Sequence record: SRR31156797_13762
Reading direction: 5' to 3' (one strand)
DNA: 43,999 nucleotides
Of this stretch, positions 17,812-28,096 are shown in pieces; the first letter of the stretch is position 1, and every line of letters starts with the position of its first letter. Below the pieces are notes generated by a model. That model searched no databases. It worked only from the letters and a program-made list of their open reading frames with translations, and was not told where the DNA came from. A program made the position numbers and the translations under genes.

Positions 17812-17834
17812 ATGTACCTCCTGAGAGAAGGTTT

Positions 17835-17868
17835 AAAAAAAAAGGGGAGCTGTCTTCAACAGCCCCCC
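17835..17868 (-). terminator. Intrinsic terminator after the cytochrome c3 gene
   Basis: GGGGAGCTGT-cttca-ACAGCCCCCC stem next to a 9-nt A run (U tract on the minus strand). Confidence 0.75.
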
Positions 17869-17886
17869 TCGAATTACCCTAGCGTT

Positions 17887-18297
17887 TTACTTCTTGGGGT
17901 GGCAAGCCTTACAGCTAACGGGAGCTGCCTTACCGGCTTTCTTCTCTGCCTTATGGCAGCCAAGACAGGAAGCCTTGGATTTCTTGTTATGGAAAGCCTG
18001 GTAGAAGCCCTTCGGGTCTTTCTTGGCGGCTTTGCTGGCATCCATGTGACAGCCTTCGGAAGCACAGCCCTTGACTGCTTCCTTGGACTCGGCCTTATGG
18101 TGACACACCATACAGTCGATGCCGAGCTCAGAATGCTTCTTGTGCGGGAATTCGACAGCTGCTTTAGTTGCCTTGACGCCCTCGGGAGCCGTCATGGTGA
18201 TCTGGTCGGGAGCTGCGTTGCCAGCAATAACTGCGGGCAGAGCAAAAACACATACCAGAGCGACAACCATAAGGCTGATGATCAGTGATTTCTTCAT
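17887..18297 (-). CDS. cycA: Tetraheme cytochrome c3 (type I, periplasmic)
   Basis: Signal peptide, FPHKKH, heme motifs CMVCHH, CASEGCH (CxxxxCH), CLGCH, CKACH; Lys-rich. Confidence 0.93.
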   Translation of the reverse strand: MKKSLIISLMVVALVCVFALPAVIAGNAAPDQITMTAPEGVKATKAAVEFPHKKHSELGIDCMVCHHKAESKEAVKGCASEGCHMDASKAAKKDPKGFYQAFHNKKSKASCLGCHKAEKKAGKAAPVSCKACHPKK

Positions 18298-18465
18298 TTA
18301 CCTAGTTCCTCCTGTTGCATAAAAAAATAAACAGTCACACTCTCTACTTAGCGGGATAAATTATGTATCCCCCCCCTGTCAAGCGAGGGAATGCTAGCGT
18401 AGACCCCCGCTTTTACCTGAAAAAGGTCCTTCAAGGCAAGGGGCTTTTGTTACTTTTCTCACACA

Positions 18466-19227
18466 TCAAATATCATATTTTTGATGATAACCACGAGGAG
18501 TCAACAATCGACCGCCTGCAATCCGCGTCGCAGAATTACCCACAATGAGTACAGTTTGCATGTCAACGGCCTCGAAATCCACGCTGTTCAGGGTCACGGC
18601 TTTCACGGATTGTCCCGGTCTGTAGGCCTTCCCCACAACACCAACAGGCGTCTCAGGACTTCTAAATTCACCTATGATATCAAGAGCTTTTTGCAAATGG
18701 TCATGCCGTTTTCTGGAACGAGGATTATAGATGGCGATGACAAAATCAGCACTGGCGGCAGCAGCCAATCGCTTTTCGATAAGTTCCCAAGGCGTCAGTA
18801 AATCACTCAAGCTGATGGAAGCAAAATCGTGCATAAGCGGTGCGCCAAGCAAAGCCGAAGCCGCATTAAAAGCAGCCACTCCGGGAATGACTTCAAACGG
18901 TATTTTTTCGAGCAACCCTTCGGCTTCGAGAATTTCCAAAATCAATCCGGCCATGGCATAAATACCAGCGTCGCCACTGCACACCATGACGGTTTTCCGG
19001 CCAGAGCGAGCGCATTCAACAGCGGATTTTACCCGTTCAACTTCACCCATCATGCCGGTGGAGACGACTTCCTTGCCTTCAAGCAGTTCAGGCGGCGTCA
19101 GCTCAATGTATCCTTTATATCCGGCGACGACGTCCGCTTCCTCAAGAGCTTTTCTGGCTGCAGGGGTAAGCAGGCTTTCATCTCCCGGCCCCAAGCTGAC
19201 TGCCTTAATCACCTTTGGCCCTCGCAA
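18466..19227 (-). CDS. cbiH: Precorrin-3B / cobalt-factor III C17-methyltransferase
   Basis: LGPGD, SGDAGIYAMA, LGAPLMHDFASISLSDLLTPWE, YNPRS, TPRGY. Confidence 0.95.
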   Translation of the reverse strand: MRGPKVIKAVSLGPGDESLLTPAARKALEEADVVAGYKGYIELTPPELLEGKEVVSTGMMGEVERVKSAVECARSGRKTVMVCSGDAGIYAMAGLILEILEAEGLLEKIPFEVIPGVAAFNAASALLGAPLMHDFASISLSDLLTPWELIEKRLAAAASADFVIAIYNPRSRKRHDHLQKALDIIGEFRSPETPVGVVGKAYRPGQSVKAVTLNSVDFEAVDMQTVLIVGNSATRIAGGRLLTPRGYHQKYDI

Positions 19228-20233
19228 CAGCCAGCGTTACGGTGCTGGTCTTTTCCTTGGTCACGACCAGTTCGCCGCCGTGCGTCGCCAACAGAGCCGA
19301 AGCCTCGGCTACAGAGGGGACATTCATATGCGCTAAAACCATATCGGACGGCGTAGGTACATCTATGGATGCGAGCTGCTTGGTAGTATAAAAGACTGGA
19401 TCAACGCCGAAATCATGGGCCGCTTCCAGCAGTCCGGCTTCATGCCGCTTGGCTTCGACTGATCCCAGAGAAGCAATACTCTTCAAAGCAAGTCCCTTTT
19501 CCTTGAAAACAGAGTATACATGATCGAGAATTTCCTCTTTGGTAACGTCAAGACGGCACCCAACCCCCAAGTGCAGCATGCGTGGATGCAAACAAAGCGC
19601 CCCTTGTGGACAATCATCGTGCCATGTCACCCAGATACCGGGACGATTCCTGTCCCAATCTGCAGGGTCGCTTATTCCTTCAAAACTCATATCCCACGCC
19701 AGACCAAGCCAATCCTCAGGATCATGCAGTTGCACTGTCATCCCTTCCAAAAGGGCGATGTTCACAAACTTGACCCGACTGATATCGTCGATAACCAACC
19801 CTTGGGACTGAGCGAGCATGTCTATAGACAAAACGCCGACAGAGTCCGTGGCTGTGGTAATCACCGGCTGTCCACCAAGGACACGGGCACATTGTGTGGA
19901 TAACTCATTGGCTCCGCCCAGATGCCCGGCCAGCAGGCTAATGGCGTACTGTCCTTCTTGATCAAGACAGACCACGGCAGGGTCGGTTTCCTTGCTTTGC
20001 AGATGAGGGGCAATGCAGCGCACCGCAATACCTGCAGCTGCAACAAAAACATGAGCATCAAATGTATTGAAGGTTGCTGAAATCAATTCGGACAAAGAAT
20101 CGAACGGAGCAGCACCTTCGGCCTCAAGACGTCGGGACGCGTAAACTGTCCCGCCCAGCTTGGCAGCCAGACGGCTGACAATAGTGTGCCCTTTGCTGGT
20201 CAGGGCGTAATATGCAATTTTCTTTACTGACAT
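19205..20233 (-). CDS. cbiG: Cobalt-precorrin-5A hydrolase CbiG
   Basis: AAGIAVR.IAP...K.TDPAVV, SLLAGHLGGANEL, VITTATD, LGVGCR, SVAEASAL. Confidence 0.95.
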   Translation of the reverse strand: MSVKKIAYYALTSKGHTIVSRLAAKLGGTVYASRRLEAEGAAPFDSLSELISATFNTFDAHVFVAAAGIAVRCIAPHLQSKETDPAVVCLDQEGQYAISLLAGHLGGANELSTQCARVLGGQPVITTATDSVGVLSIDMLAQSQGLVIDDISRVKFVNIALLEGMTVQLHDPEDWLGLAWDMSFEGISDPADWDRNRPGIWVTWHDDCPQGALCLHPRMLHLGVGCRLDVTKEEILDHVYSVFKEKGLALKSIASLGSVEAKRHEAGLLEAAHDFGVDPVFYTTKQLASIDVPTPSDMVLAHMNVPSVAEASALLATHGGELVVTKEKTSTVTLAVARAKGD

Positions 20234-20327
20234 CCTCTCTGTTTATCAGCATCACGCCTGATTCGAAAGTGAAAAATGCGATGAATACCCCCTCAAAAAG
20301 AGGAGAATTATCATTCTTTTACCCAAC

Positions 20328-20365
20328 AAAAACGGGTCGGTACACAAAAAAGTGCACCGACCCGT
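20328..20365 (-). terminator. Intrinsic terminator after hemL
   Basis: ACGGGTCGGTACAC-aaaaaa-GTGCACCGACCCGT stem with a U tract on the minus strand. Confidence 0.7.
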
Positions 20366-20390
20366 CAATATTATTATTTGAATAAACTGT

Positions 20391-21650
20391 CTAAAATTGG
20401 ACTTTCCGAGCCGCTTCAAGCGTCTTTTCAAAGTCTTCATCCGTATGAGCGAAAGAAGTAAAGGCGCACTCGAAGCCAGCCGGTGCCAAATACACACCCT
20501 GAGCCAACATCTGTTGCCAGTAGGTTGCATAGGCTTCAGAATCACACTGGCCGGATTCGATCATATTGGTCACCGGCTTGTCTGAAAAATACATGGTAAA
20601 AGCGGAACCGATCTGCACCAAATGCACAGGCTTGCCCTTACCCTCCACGATGGATGCCAACTCTTCGGCAAAAGTCGTGGTTCGGGCCTCCAGAGCAGCG
20701 TAATCGCACTCGGCCAAACGGTGCAAAGTTGCCAGACCAGCGGCCATGGCGACGGGGTTGCCGGACAGTGTACCAGCTTGGAATACACCGCCCACGGGGG
20801 CCATATGCTCCATAATTTCACGTTTGCCACCGAAACAGCCCACGGGGAAACCTCCGCCGATAATCTTGCCAAGGGTGGTTAGGTCTGGAGTAATGCCGTA
20901 GCGCTCCTGAGCGCCGCCGCGAGCCAATCTAAAACCAGTAATGACTTCATCAAAAATAAGAACCGCGCCGTACTGAGTACATACGTCACGCAAGCCCTGA
21001 AGAAAGCCTTCTTTAGGCTTAACCAGTCCCATATTGCCTGCGGCAGGTTCCACAATGACACAAGCAATCTCGTCGCCGGACTCTTCAAAAAGGGCCTTCA
21101 CCGCGTCGAGATCGTTGTACTGAGCGAGCAACGTGTGCTTTGTCACTTCTTCGGGAACACCCGGAGTGCCGGGAACAACGGCTGCGGCAGAACCGGCAGC
21201 AGCCAAGAATGCGTCAGCATGGCCGTGATAGTTGCCGATGAACTTCACAAACTTGTTGCGGCCAGTATACCCTCGCGCCAAACGCAAAGCAGACATGGTG
21301 GCCTCGGTACCTGAGGAAACCATGCGCATCATGTCCATGGAAGGGACAAGCTTGTTGATGGCCTCGGCCAGAGCGACCTCGCCGAAACAGGGTGCGCCGT
21401 AGCTGGAGCCTTGATCAATGGCCTTGTGCGCAGCTTCGGAGACGGCAGGGTCCTGATGACCAAGAATTTGCGGTCCCCAGGAAAACACGTAATCAATGTA
21501 TTTGCGGCCATCAACATCGTACAGATACGCGCCTTTGGCGTTCTCGATGAAGACAGGTTCAGCATTGACATACCTGCAAGCGCGCAGGGGAGAATTGACA
21601 CCGCCGGGCATAAGAGTCTGAGCCTTGGCGTAGAGTTCTTTTGAGTTCAT
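20391..21650 (-). CDS. hemL: Glutamate-1-semialdehyde 2,1-aminomutase
   Basis: [49 protein letters not shown]. Confidence 0.98.
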   Translation of the reverse strand: MNSKELYAKAQTLMPGGVNSPLRACRYVNAEPVFIENAKGAYLYDVDGRKYIDYVFSWGPQILGHQDPAVSEAAHKAIDQGSSYGAPCFGEVALAEAINKLVPSMDMMRMVSSGTEATMSALRLARGYTGRNKFVKFIGNYHGHADAFLAAAGSAAAVVPGTPGVPEEVTKHTLLAQYNDLDAVKALFEESGDEIACVIVEPAAGNMGLVKPKEGFLQGLRDVCTQYGAVLIFDEVITGFRLARGGAQERYGITPDLTTLGKIIGGGFPVGCFGGKREIMEHMAPVGGVFQAGTLSGNPVAMAAGLATLHRLAECDYAALEARTTTFAEELASIVEGKGKPVHLVQIGSAFTMYFSDKPVTNMIESGQCDSEAYATYWQQMLAQGVYLAPAGFECAFTSFAHTDEDFEKTLEAARKVQF

Positions 21651-21677
21651 GACAGCCTCGAATATGTATCGAATTAT

Positions 21678-22154
21678 TTATTTGAAATAGACCATGGAGG
21701 TCTTCTTGAGCTCTTTGAGAGACTTCAACACGCAGTTGTCGTCGATACCGATGATCTGCTCCAGTTCGGCCACCACTTCATTGGCATGACCGGGCCGTTC
21801 GCCGTGAACCATCGTATATAAATTGTACGTCCACTCCGGGTAGGTTCGACGGATATAACAATGAGATATCTCGGGCCGAGCCGCACAAATTTCGCCAATC
21901 TCATCACTCCGTTCCTCCGGCACACGCCATGCCACCATGGCGTTGTGGCCGTAGCCTGCCTTCTGATGTCTGAGCGTAGCCCCGAAGCGACGAATAATCT
22001 TGCGCTCCTTGAGGTCGGCCAAAAGGTTGATGACATCCTGCTCGTCCACGCCCACCGCCTCGGCAATGGTCTTGAACGGCTGCTCGGTGTCCGGCAGATC
22101 AGTGCCTGCCAGAGCGAGTATCCTTTCTTCGGTCTCGGTAAATTGTATAGCCAT
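21678..22154 (-). CDS. ahbB: Siroheme decarboxylase subunit (alternative heme biosynthesis; Lrp/AsnC-like fold)
   Basis: IRRFGATLRHQKAG, NAMVAW, ISHCYIR, W.YNLYTMVH, ELKKTSM.YF; directly upstream of hemL. Confidence 0.92.
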   Translation of the reverse strand: MAIQFTETEERILALAGTDLPDTEQPFKTIAEAVGVDEQDVINLLADLKERKIIRRFGATLRHQKAGYGHNAMVAWRVPEERSDEIGEICAARPEISHCYIRRTYPEWTYNLYTMVHGERPGHANEVVAELEQIIGIDDNCVLKSLKELKKTSMVYFK

Positions 22155-22295
22155 GGGAGGGTCTATACATCCGGCTGAAACAGGATGCAACCATGTGCAC
22201 GATTTCATCTCACAGCCCCCCAGATTGAGGGCTTGCCACTAACTCCCGCCGCACGTATGCTAAAAAACTGTATAAAGCACGAAAGGAGTCCTTGC

Positions 22296-23288
22296 ATGAA
22301 AATAGCAGTTCTGGGCGCAGGAGCCTGGGGAACAACCCTGGCCGACATGCTCGCAAAGAACGATGTAAACACCACTTTATGGGCACGTGAGCCTGAAGTG
22401 GTGGCCAATATCCGTGAAAAAAGAGAAAATTCAACCTTTCTCCCGGGCGTCACCCTGTCCGAAAAGCTCAATATTGAATCCGACCCTAAAACAGCCTTTG
22501 CCGGCGCCGATTACTTTTTGGTCGTCATCCCCAGTCAATTCATTCGGCCCGCCCTTGAAGGGTTCCGTGATATCCTGCCGATGAATCCTGTAATCGTCTG
22601 TGCTTCAAAAGGCATCGAACTGAATTCTCTGGCCCCCATGTCCCGAGTGGTCGCCGAAGCACTTGAAGGTAAACGTCCCCGTTACGCATCACTGTCTGGG
22701 CCATCCTTTGCCGCCGAGGTCTCCGCCGACATGCCCACATCCGTTTCTCTGGGCTGTGAAGACCATGAGCTTGGCCGTGAATTGCAGGAAGCTTTTTCCA
22801 CTCCATTTTTCCGAGTTTATTTCACGCCCGATTATCGCGGCGTGGAACTGGGCGGTGCGGTCAAGAATGTTATCGCCATCGCCGCAGGCATGGCCGATGG
22901 TCTCAATTTCGGCCATGACGCCAGAGCCGCACTCATCACCCGAGGACTGGCCGAACTGAGCCGCCTTGGTGAAGCCATGGGTGGACAGGAGCGTACCTTC
23001 ATGGGGTTGTCCGGCATGGGTGATCTCGTGTTGACCTGTACCGGCGACCTTTCCCGCAACCGACAGGTGGGCTTGAAACTCGGTCAGGGCCAAAAGCTCG
23101 ACGACATCATCAATGAGATGAAAGCCGTGGCCGAAGGCGTCAAAACCACCAAGTCCCTCTACGACCTTTCCCAAAAGCTCAACGTGGAATTGCCCATTAC
23201 AGACCAAGTGTATAAGATACTCTATGAAGACAAGGACCCGGCTCAGGCCACTCGTGACTTGATGAACCGGGATTTGAAAGACGAATAA
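22296..23288 (+). CDS. gpsA: NAD(P)H-dependent glycerol-3-phosphate dehydrogenase
   Basis: GAGAWGT, SKGIE, LSGPSFA, GGAVKNVIAIA, GDLVLTC...SRN; AAGGAG RBS. Confidence 0.98.
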   Translation: MKIAVLGAGAWGTTLADMLAKNDVNTTLWAREPEVVANIREKRENSTFLPGVTLSEKLNIESDPKTAFAGADYFLVVIPSQFIRPALEGFRDILPMNPVIVCASKGIELNSLAPMSRVVAEALEGKRPRYASLSGPSFAAEVSADMPTSVSLGCEDHELGRELQEAFSTPFFRVYFTPDYRGVELGGAVKNVIAIAAGMADGLNFGHDARAALITRGLAELSRLGEAMGGQERTFMGLSGMGDLVLTCTGDLSRNRQVGLKLGQGQKLDDIINEMKAVAEGVKTTKSLYDLSQKLNVELPITDQVYKILYEDKDPAQATRDLMNRDLKDE

Positions 23289-23301
23289 ACAGGGAGTCGC
23301 C

Positions 23302-23580
23302 ATGCGCCAGCTCGTTCTCACCGTGAGTCTCATCATTTTGACACTCGCCCTGCTCATGTTCTCGGGATGTTCCAGAGCATGGTATCATTCGGACCTCAAC
23401 GGTGCGGCGGCTGACGAACAGTTCGCCAAGGACTCAGAAGAATGCAAGCTTAATGCAATGGATATGTATCCGCTGGATAAGCACATGCAGTCCCAGCGTT
23501 ACGAGAAATGTCTGCAGGAAAAAGGCTGGATGCATCAGCGCGACTACGACGGAATCCGCTTCGAAACCAAACCCAGATAA
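23302..23580 (+). CDS. Small hypothetical lipoprotein
   Basis: Lipobox FSGC; two further Cys (EEC..., KCLQEKGW); GGGAG RBS. Confidence 0.75.
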   Translation: MRQLVLTVSLIILTLALLMFSGCSRAWYHSDLNGAAADEQFAKDSEECKLNAMDMYPLDKHMQSQRYEKCLQEKGWMHQRDYDGIRFETKPR

Positions 23581-23592
23581 TCGGGGGACACC

Positions 23593-25095
23593 ATGACTCA
23601 CGGTCCGGTTCTGGTTCTCGGCTCCACGGGCTATGTTGGCGGACGGCTCGTCCCACTCCTTTTGGAAAAGGGATTCACCGTGCGCGCTGCTGGACGGAGC
23701 GTGGAGAAAATCAAGGCTCGATCATGGGGCGACAATCCCAATGTCGAGGCTGTCCAAGCGGATATGCATGATGCAGACAGCCTGAGTCGTGCTGCCAAAG
23801 GTTGCACTGCAGCCTTCTATCTGGTCCACTCCATGAGCAGTCCTGGCCGGGATTTTGCGGAACAGGAACGTGACGCGGCCTACAACATGATCACGGCAGC
23901 GCAACACGCAAACCTGTCGCGTATCATCTACTTGGGTGGCCTTGGCGAAGACCATGAAGACCATCCGCTGTCCAAACATCTTCGCTCCCGCGCCGAGGTA
24001 AGCCGTATCCTCGCCCTTGGTCCGGCCAAGGTAACGACCCTGCGCGCCGCGCAAATAGTCGGGTCCGGCTCCTCTTCATTCGAACTGGTGCGATATCTTG
24101 CGGACCGCCTCCCGTTCATGATCACTCCCAAATGGGTACGGACAAAGACCCAACCCATTTCCATACGAAATGTACTCGGCTACTTGGTCGGTTGTCTGGA
24201 AAACGATGAGACAGCGGGGTTGACGTTGGATATCGGAGGACCGGACATCCTCTCCTATCAGGAACTGTTTCAACTCTACGCTGAAGTAGCCGGTATTCCA
24301 AAACGACGCATTTATCCCTTTCCTTTTCTCTCGCCGCGTCTTTCATCTTTCTGGGTGTCCATGATCACCCCCATGCCCATGACCCTGTCCAGATCATTGA
24401 TCGAAGGGCTGCGTAATGAGGTTATCTGCCGGGACGACCGCATCCGTACACTGGTCCCGCAAGAACTTGTGTCCTGCCATGAGGCCATTCGTCTGGCTCT
24501 GGACAAGACCGAACACCAAAAAGTGGAGACCTGTCTTTTTGACGTAGGCAGTGCATGTATGCCGGAATGGGCATCGGAGAACGACCCCAAGTATGCTGGC
24601 GGCACCCGGTTTGAAATGGGCTACAAAGCCCGACTTCAAGGCAATCCGACAAAAGTATGGAAAGTGGTCACACGCATTGGCGGCGAACAGGGATGGTATT
24701 ACGGCGACCCGCTCTGGCGGCTACGCGGATTCATCGATCGAATTCTGGCTGGCCCGGGATTGAAGCGCGGCAGACCGCATGGCAACGGCACCCCGCGTGT
24801 GGGTGACGCCCTCGATTTCTGGCGGGTTTTGGCCAGTGACGAAGGCCGCAGACTGTTACTTCTGGCTGAAATGCGTCTGCCCGGAGAGGCCCTGCTGGAT
24901 TTCAAATTCGATTCGCAATGGGGCAATGCCGTAGACTTGTCCATGACCGCCAAATTCCTCCCCAAAGGACTGACCGGCATTCTCTACTGGTATGCCATGT
25001 ACCCCTTCCATGTGGTCTTGTTTAAAAACATTCTCAAAAATATTTCCGACCTGGCGGGAACCCACCTTTACGAACCGCCACGCCGAGTCGACTAG
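23593..25095 (+). CDS. Atypical SDR/NAD-binding protein with C-terminal DUF2867-like domain (YbjT-like)
   Basis: LGSTGYVGGRL, YLVHSM, HLRSRAEV, GSGSSSFE, GGEQGWY, GDALDFWRV, AEMRLPGEA. Confidence 0.9.
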   Translation: MTHGPVLVLGSTGYVGGRLVPLLLEKGFTVRAAGRSVEKIKARSWGDNPNVEAVQADMHDADSLSRAAKGCTAAFYLVHSMSSPGRDFAEQERDAAYNMITAAQHANLSRIIYLGGLGEDHEDHPLSKHLRSRAEVSRILALGPAKVTTLRAAQIVGSGSSSFELVRYLADRLPFMITPKWVRTKTQPISIRNVLGYLVGCLENDETAGLTLDIGGPDILSYQELFQLYAEVAGIPKRRIYPFPFLSPRLSSFWVSMITPMPMTLSRSLIEGLRNEVICRDDRIRTLVPQELVSCHEAIRLALDKTEHQKVETCLFDVGSACMPEWASENDPKYAGGTRFEMGYKARLQGNPTKVWKVVTRIGGEQGWYYGDPLWRLRGFIDRILAGPGLKRGRPHGNGTPRVGDALDFWRVLASDEGRRLLLLAEMRLPGEALLDFKFDSQWGNAVDLSMTAKFLPKGLTGILYWYAMYPFHVVLFKNILKNISDLAGTHLYEPPRRVD

Positions 25096-25102
25096 GATCA
25101 GA

Positions 25103-26179
25103 ATGGCCGAAAAACTTCGTACAGGACGAACCACCGGATCGTGCGCTTCGGCAGCGGCCATGGCGGGAGTCCTCTTCCTTTTGACTCGGGCACAACCCGA
25201 CTCGGTAAACATTCCCCTGCCCCCCGGCGGTACGCTGACTGTCCCTATTGAGCGATACAATCCCGAGGGGGAAACCGTGCGAGTCACCGTCATCAAAGAC
25301 GGTGGTGACGACCCTGACGCAACTCACGGATGTGAAATCCAAGCTGTTGTCTCCGTCGACACAATGACCCACGACGAACTGTCTGTGGACGTTGATGGGG
25401 GAAGAGGAGTAGGCCGCGTCACTCTGCCCGGTCTGCCCGTTGAGGTGGGCAAGGCAGCCATCAATCCCGAACCGCTCCGCCAGATTGAGAAAGCTATACT
25501 CACAGCCGCCCCTTCTCTGACACACGGCCAAATCTCAGTTTTGATCGAAGTCCCGGAAGGCAAGGATATCGCCCACAAGACCATGAATGCCCGACTGGGC
25601 ATCGTCGACGGCATTTCCATCCTCGGCACACAGGGAATCGTCAAACCGTTTTCCCATGATTCATGGCGCGCCACAGTCGCAGAAGGGTTGGATGTGGCCA
25701 AGGCGCAGGGATTGGATTACGCAATTTTCACCACGGGGAGACGGTCTGAACGACTCTATCTGGAACACAGCCCGACCACCCCGGAGTTGGCACTGATTCA
25801 GGCTGCAGACTTCTTCGAATTTTCCATGCAGGCCGCAGCAAAACGCGGCTTTACGCATGTCACATGGAGCATGTTTTTCGGCAAATTGGTCAAACAAGCG
25901 CAAGGACTTTCTTATACCCATGCCAAAACACATCCGGTTGACTTCGACCGACTGGCCGACTGGTGCGAAGAAGCAGGAGTCGCCGCGCCCTATCTTCCGA
26001 CCATCCGAGAAGCCAACACCGCCGTGCAGGTCCTCGGTATGCTGATTGATGATCCGGCACGGCCCGCCCTTATTAATATTCTTGTCAATGAAGCGAAACG
26101 AAACGCAGAGGCCTTTGCGGACAACCGAATATCCGTCAACTACCAGATTTATAATTTTGACGGCTCCACATTGCGATAA
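25103..26179 (+). CDS. cbiD: Cobalt-precorrin-5B C1-methyltransferase CbiD
   Basis: LRTGRTTGSCA, VIKDGGDDPDATHG, GVGRVTLPGL, AINPEP, NARLGIVDGISILGT.GIV.PFS. Confidence 0.97.
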   Translation: MAEKLRTGRTTGSCASAAAMAGVLFLLTRAQPDSVNIPLPPGGTLTVPIERYNPEGETVRVTVIKDGGDDPDATHGCEIQAVVSVDTMTHDELSVDVDGGRGVGRVTLPGLPVEVGKAAINPEPLRQIEKAILTAAPSLTHGQISVLIEVPEGKDIAHKTMNARLGIVDGISILGTQGIVKPFSHDSWRATVAEGLDVAKAQGLDYAIFTTGRRSERLYLEHSPTTPELALIQAADFFEFSMQAAAKRGFTHVTWSMFFGKLVKQAQGLSYTHAKTHPVDFDRLADWCEEAGVAAPYLPTIREANTAVQVLGMLIDDPARPALINILVNEAKRNAEAFADNRISVNYQIYNFDGSTLR

Positions 26180-26385
26180 ATCAACCCCATTCACTACAAA
26201 AAAACTCTTTTTTTACAATTGCCTCGGTAAAGAAAGCATCGTCATCTTCCGATAGAACCATAGGGGAGACGTGTACGGTTTCGCACACGATGTTCAACTT
26301 TGGTCGAGCGCCCCATGGGAGACTCTGGCTCTGCACCCCGTTTATCCGTGCGTCAGGGCTAAAATATCAGCGTAAAGGGGCGCGC

Positions 26386-27225
26386 ATGCCAAGGGTGTCT
26401 ATTGTCATACCCAACTATAATTATGGCCGATTTGCCGACAGACTTTTCGGCTCCATAGCCGCACAATCCATGCCGCTTGGAGACATGGAAATATTCTTTG
26501 TTGACGACGGCAGCAGTGACGATTCGCTAGAGCGAGCAACTCACTGGGCGACACACATTCCCTGTGAACGATTTGAAATCATCCCATTGTCCCGAATCGG
26601 CAAACCCGGCCCGGTACGAAACCATGGGCTGGCACTCGCAACAGGTGAATACCTGTTCTGCATGGATCCAGACGACACACTGCACCCAGAGTATCTGGCT
26701 CGATGCGTCAACACGCTTGAGAACACACCAAAAATTGCCCTGATCTATACGGATTACCGGGAAAACACCCTTGCTGAATCCCGAGATGTAGAACTCCCCA
26801 AATTCAATCAGGGGTTGTTGCGTATGCAAAACATTCTACCAAGCACAGCCGTCTACCGGCGTGAAGTTTGGGATGCAGGCGTTCGTTACCGCGACAACAC
26901 CGAATATGAAGACTGGGATTATTGGATACAATGCCTGATGGCGGGAGCCAATTTTATTCGCCTCCCTGAAGTTCTCTATAATTATGAAATTCACACTTCA
27001 AATTTCTCCCATCATGCACAAAAAAACGATGGACATGCCAAGGCGCAAATCGTTCTGAATAACGTATCTTTTTTCCACCCCCTCGTTCAGGAATGGGCAA
27101 CGGATTACATGCGGGGAAGACTCCATTCACAGGCCTTTCAAAGAGGCCACATCCCAAGCCCGAAAGATGTACGAGCCTTGCTAAAAACCGTGGAACAAAA
27201 AGTTTTCAAGGCATCGGGATTCTAA
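26386..27225 (+). CDS. Glycosyltransferase family 2
   Basis: VSIVIPNYN, VDDGSSD, RNHGL, MDPDD, EDWDYW; start at ATG 26386 after AAAGGGG. Confidence 0.92.
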   Translation: MPRVSIVIPNYNYGRFADRLFGSIAAQSMPLGDMEIFFVDDGSSDDSLERATHWATHIPCERFEIIPLSRIGKPGPVRNHGLALATGEYLFCMDPDDTLHPEYLARCVNTLENTPKIALIYTDYRENTLAESRDVELPKFNQGLLRMQNILPSTAVYRREVWDAGVRYRDNTEYEDWDYWIQCLMAGANFIRLPEVLYNYEIHTSNFSHHAQKNDGHAKAQIVLNNVSFFHPLVQEWATDYMRGRLHSQAFQRGHIPSPKDVRALLKTVEQKVFKASGF

Positions 27226-27235
27226 TCCGAATACC

Positions 27236-27276
27236 AATAAAAAAAGGGCTGTGTGATTTCACACAACCCTTTTTTT
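27236..27276. terminator. Bidirectional intrinsic terminator
   Basis: AAAAAAAGGGCTGTGTGA-tt-TCACACAACCCTTTTTTT between convergent genes. Confidence 0.85.
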
Positions 27277-27296
27277 ATATCAGATGGGATAGTTCA

Positions 27297-27944
27297 TCAT
27301 TCGTTCTGAAAGGCTTCCCAATCGGCCAAAAATGTAGCCAACCCCTTATCCGTCAAAGGGTGTTGCATCAACTGCATGATGGTGGCGTATGGCAAAGTGA
27401 CCACATCCGCTCCGATCAAACCAGATTCAATGACGTGCATGGGATGTCGCACAGATGCCACCAAAATTTTAGTCGCAAAGCTGTAGTTGTCGAATATAGT
27501 CCGCATCTGGTCCACGCTTTCCATGCCGGACTGCCCCAGTTCATCAAGTCGCCCAACAAAAGGCGAAACATAGGTTGCCCCGAGCTTGGCTGCCAGCAAT
27601 GCCTGTGACGGAGAAAAAACCAGTGTAACATTGGTCTTGATTTCACGTTCACGCAATTCCTTAAGTGCTTTGAGGCCTTCCGGGATCATAGGAATTTTAA
27701 CCACCACATTCGGACCGAAGGAAACGAGGTCCTTGGCTTCCTTGATCATTTCCTCGTGAGTAGTACCTATGACTTCGAGCGAAACAGGACCGTCAACGGC
27801 GTCACATATAAGTGAAGCCTGCTCTCGCCAGTCGCCTCCCTCACGGGACATAAGCGTCGGGTTCGTGGTCACGCCATCAAGCAAACCGAGTTCATTGACT
27901 TCGCGTATCTGGTCCAGATTGGCCGTATCCAGAAAGAATTCCAT
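27297..27944 (-). CDS. tal: Transaldolase (short TalC/FSA family)
   Basis: FLDTAN, GVTTNPTL, VVVKIP, NVTLVFS, YVSPFVGR. Glu in SLEV and Phe in SPF point to transaldolase rather than FSA. Confidence 0.9.
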   Translation of the reverse strand: MEFFLDTANLDQIREVNELGLLDGVTTNPTLMSREGGDWREQASLICDAVDGPVSLEVIGTTHEEMIKEAKDLVSFGPNVVVKIPMIPEGLKALKELREREIKTNVTLVFSPSQALLAAKLGATYVSPFVGRLDELGQSGMESVDQMRTIFDNYSFATKILVASVRHPMHVIESGLIGADVVTLPYATIMQLMQHPLTDKGLATFLADWEAFQNE

Positions 27945-28096
27945 GTGTCCTCCTTATGAGACCGGTGCAGAATATTCCACGTATTGATTATGCCGTGCAT
28001 AGCATACTCGAAAAAGAGTGGAAACCTTCCGCAAACGTTTTCGATTCCACAACCATTCTCCTTTCACCTTTCTTCGGTTTCGTTTACATTAGCCGC

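Noticed and set aside
16892-17824. 310-aa Ser-rich + strand ORF, and other ORFs overlapping the acidic gene
   Set aside because: Antisense or alternate-frame shadows of GAN-rich codons in the acidic protein gene.
20302-20320. Fur-box-like AGAATTATCATTCT upstream of cbiG
   Set aside because: Only a partial match in AT-rich DNA, too weak without comparative support.
26254-26330. Group II intron domain V (GAGCC...GGTTC on the minus strand)
   Set aside because: The spacing is far longer than the ~34-nt domain V, and there is no domain VI or reverse transcriptase.
27297-27944. Fructose-6-phosphate aldolase annotation
   Set aside because: The diagnostic residues are Glu/Phe (transaldolase type), not Gln/Tyr.
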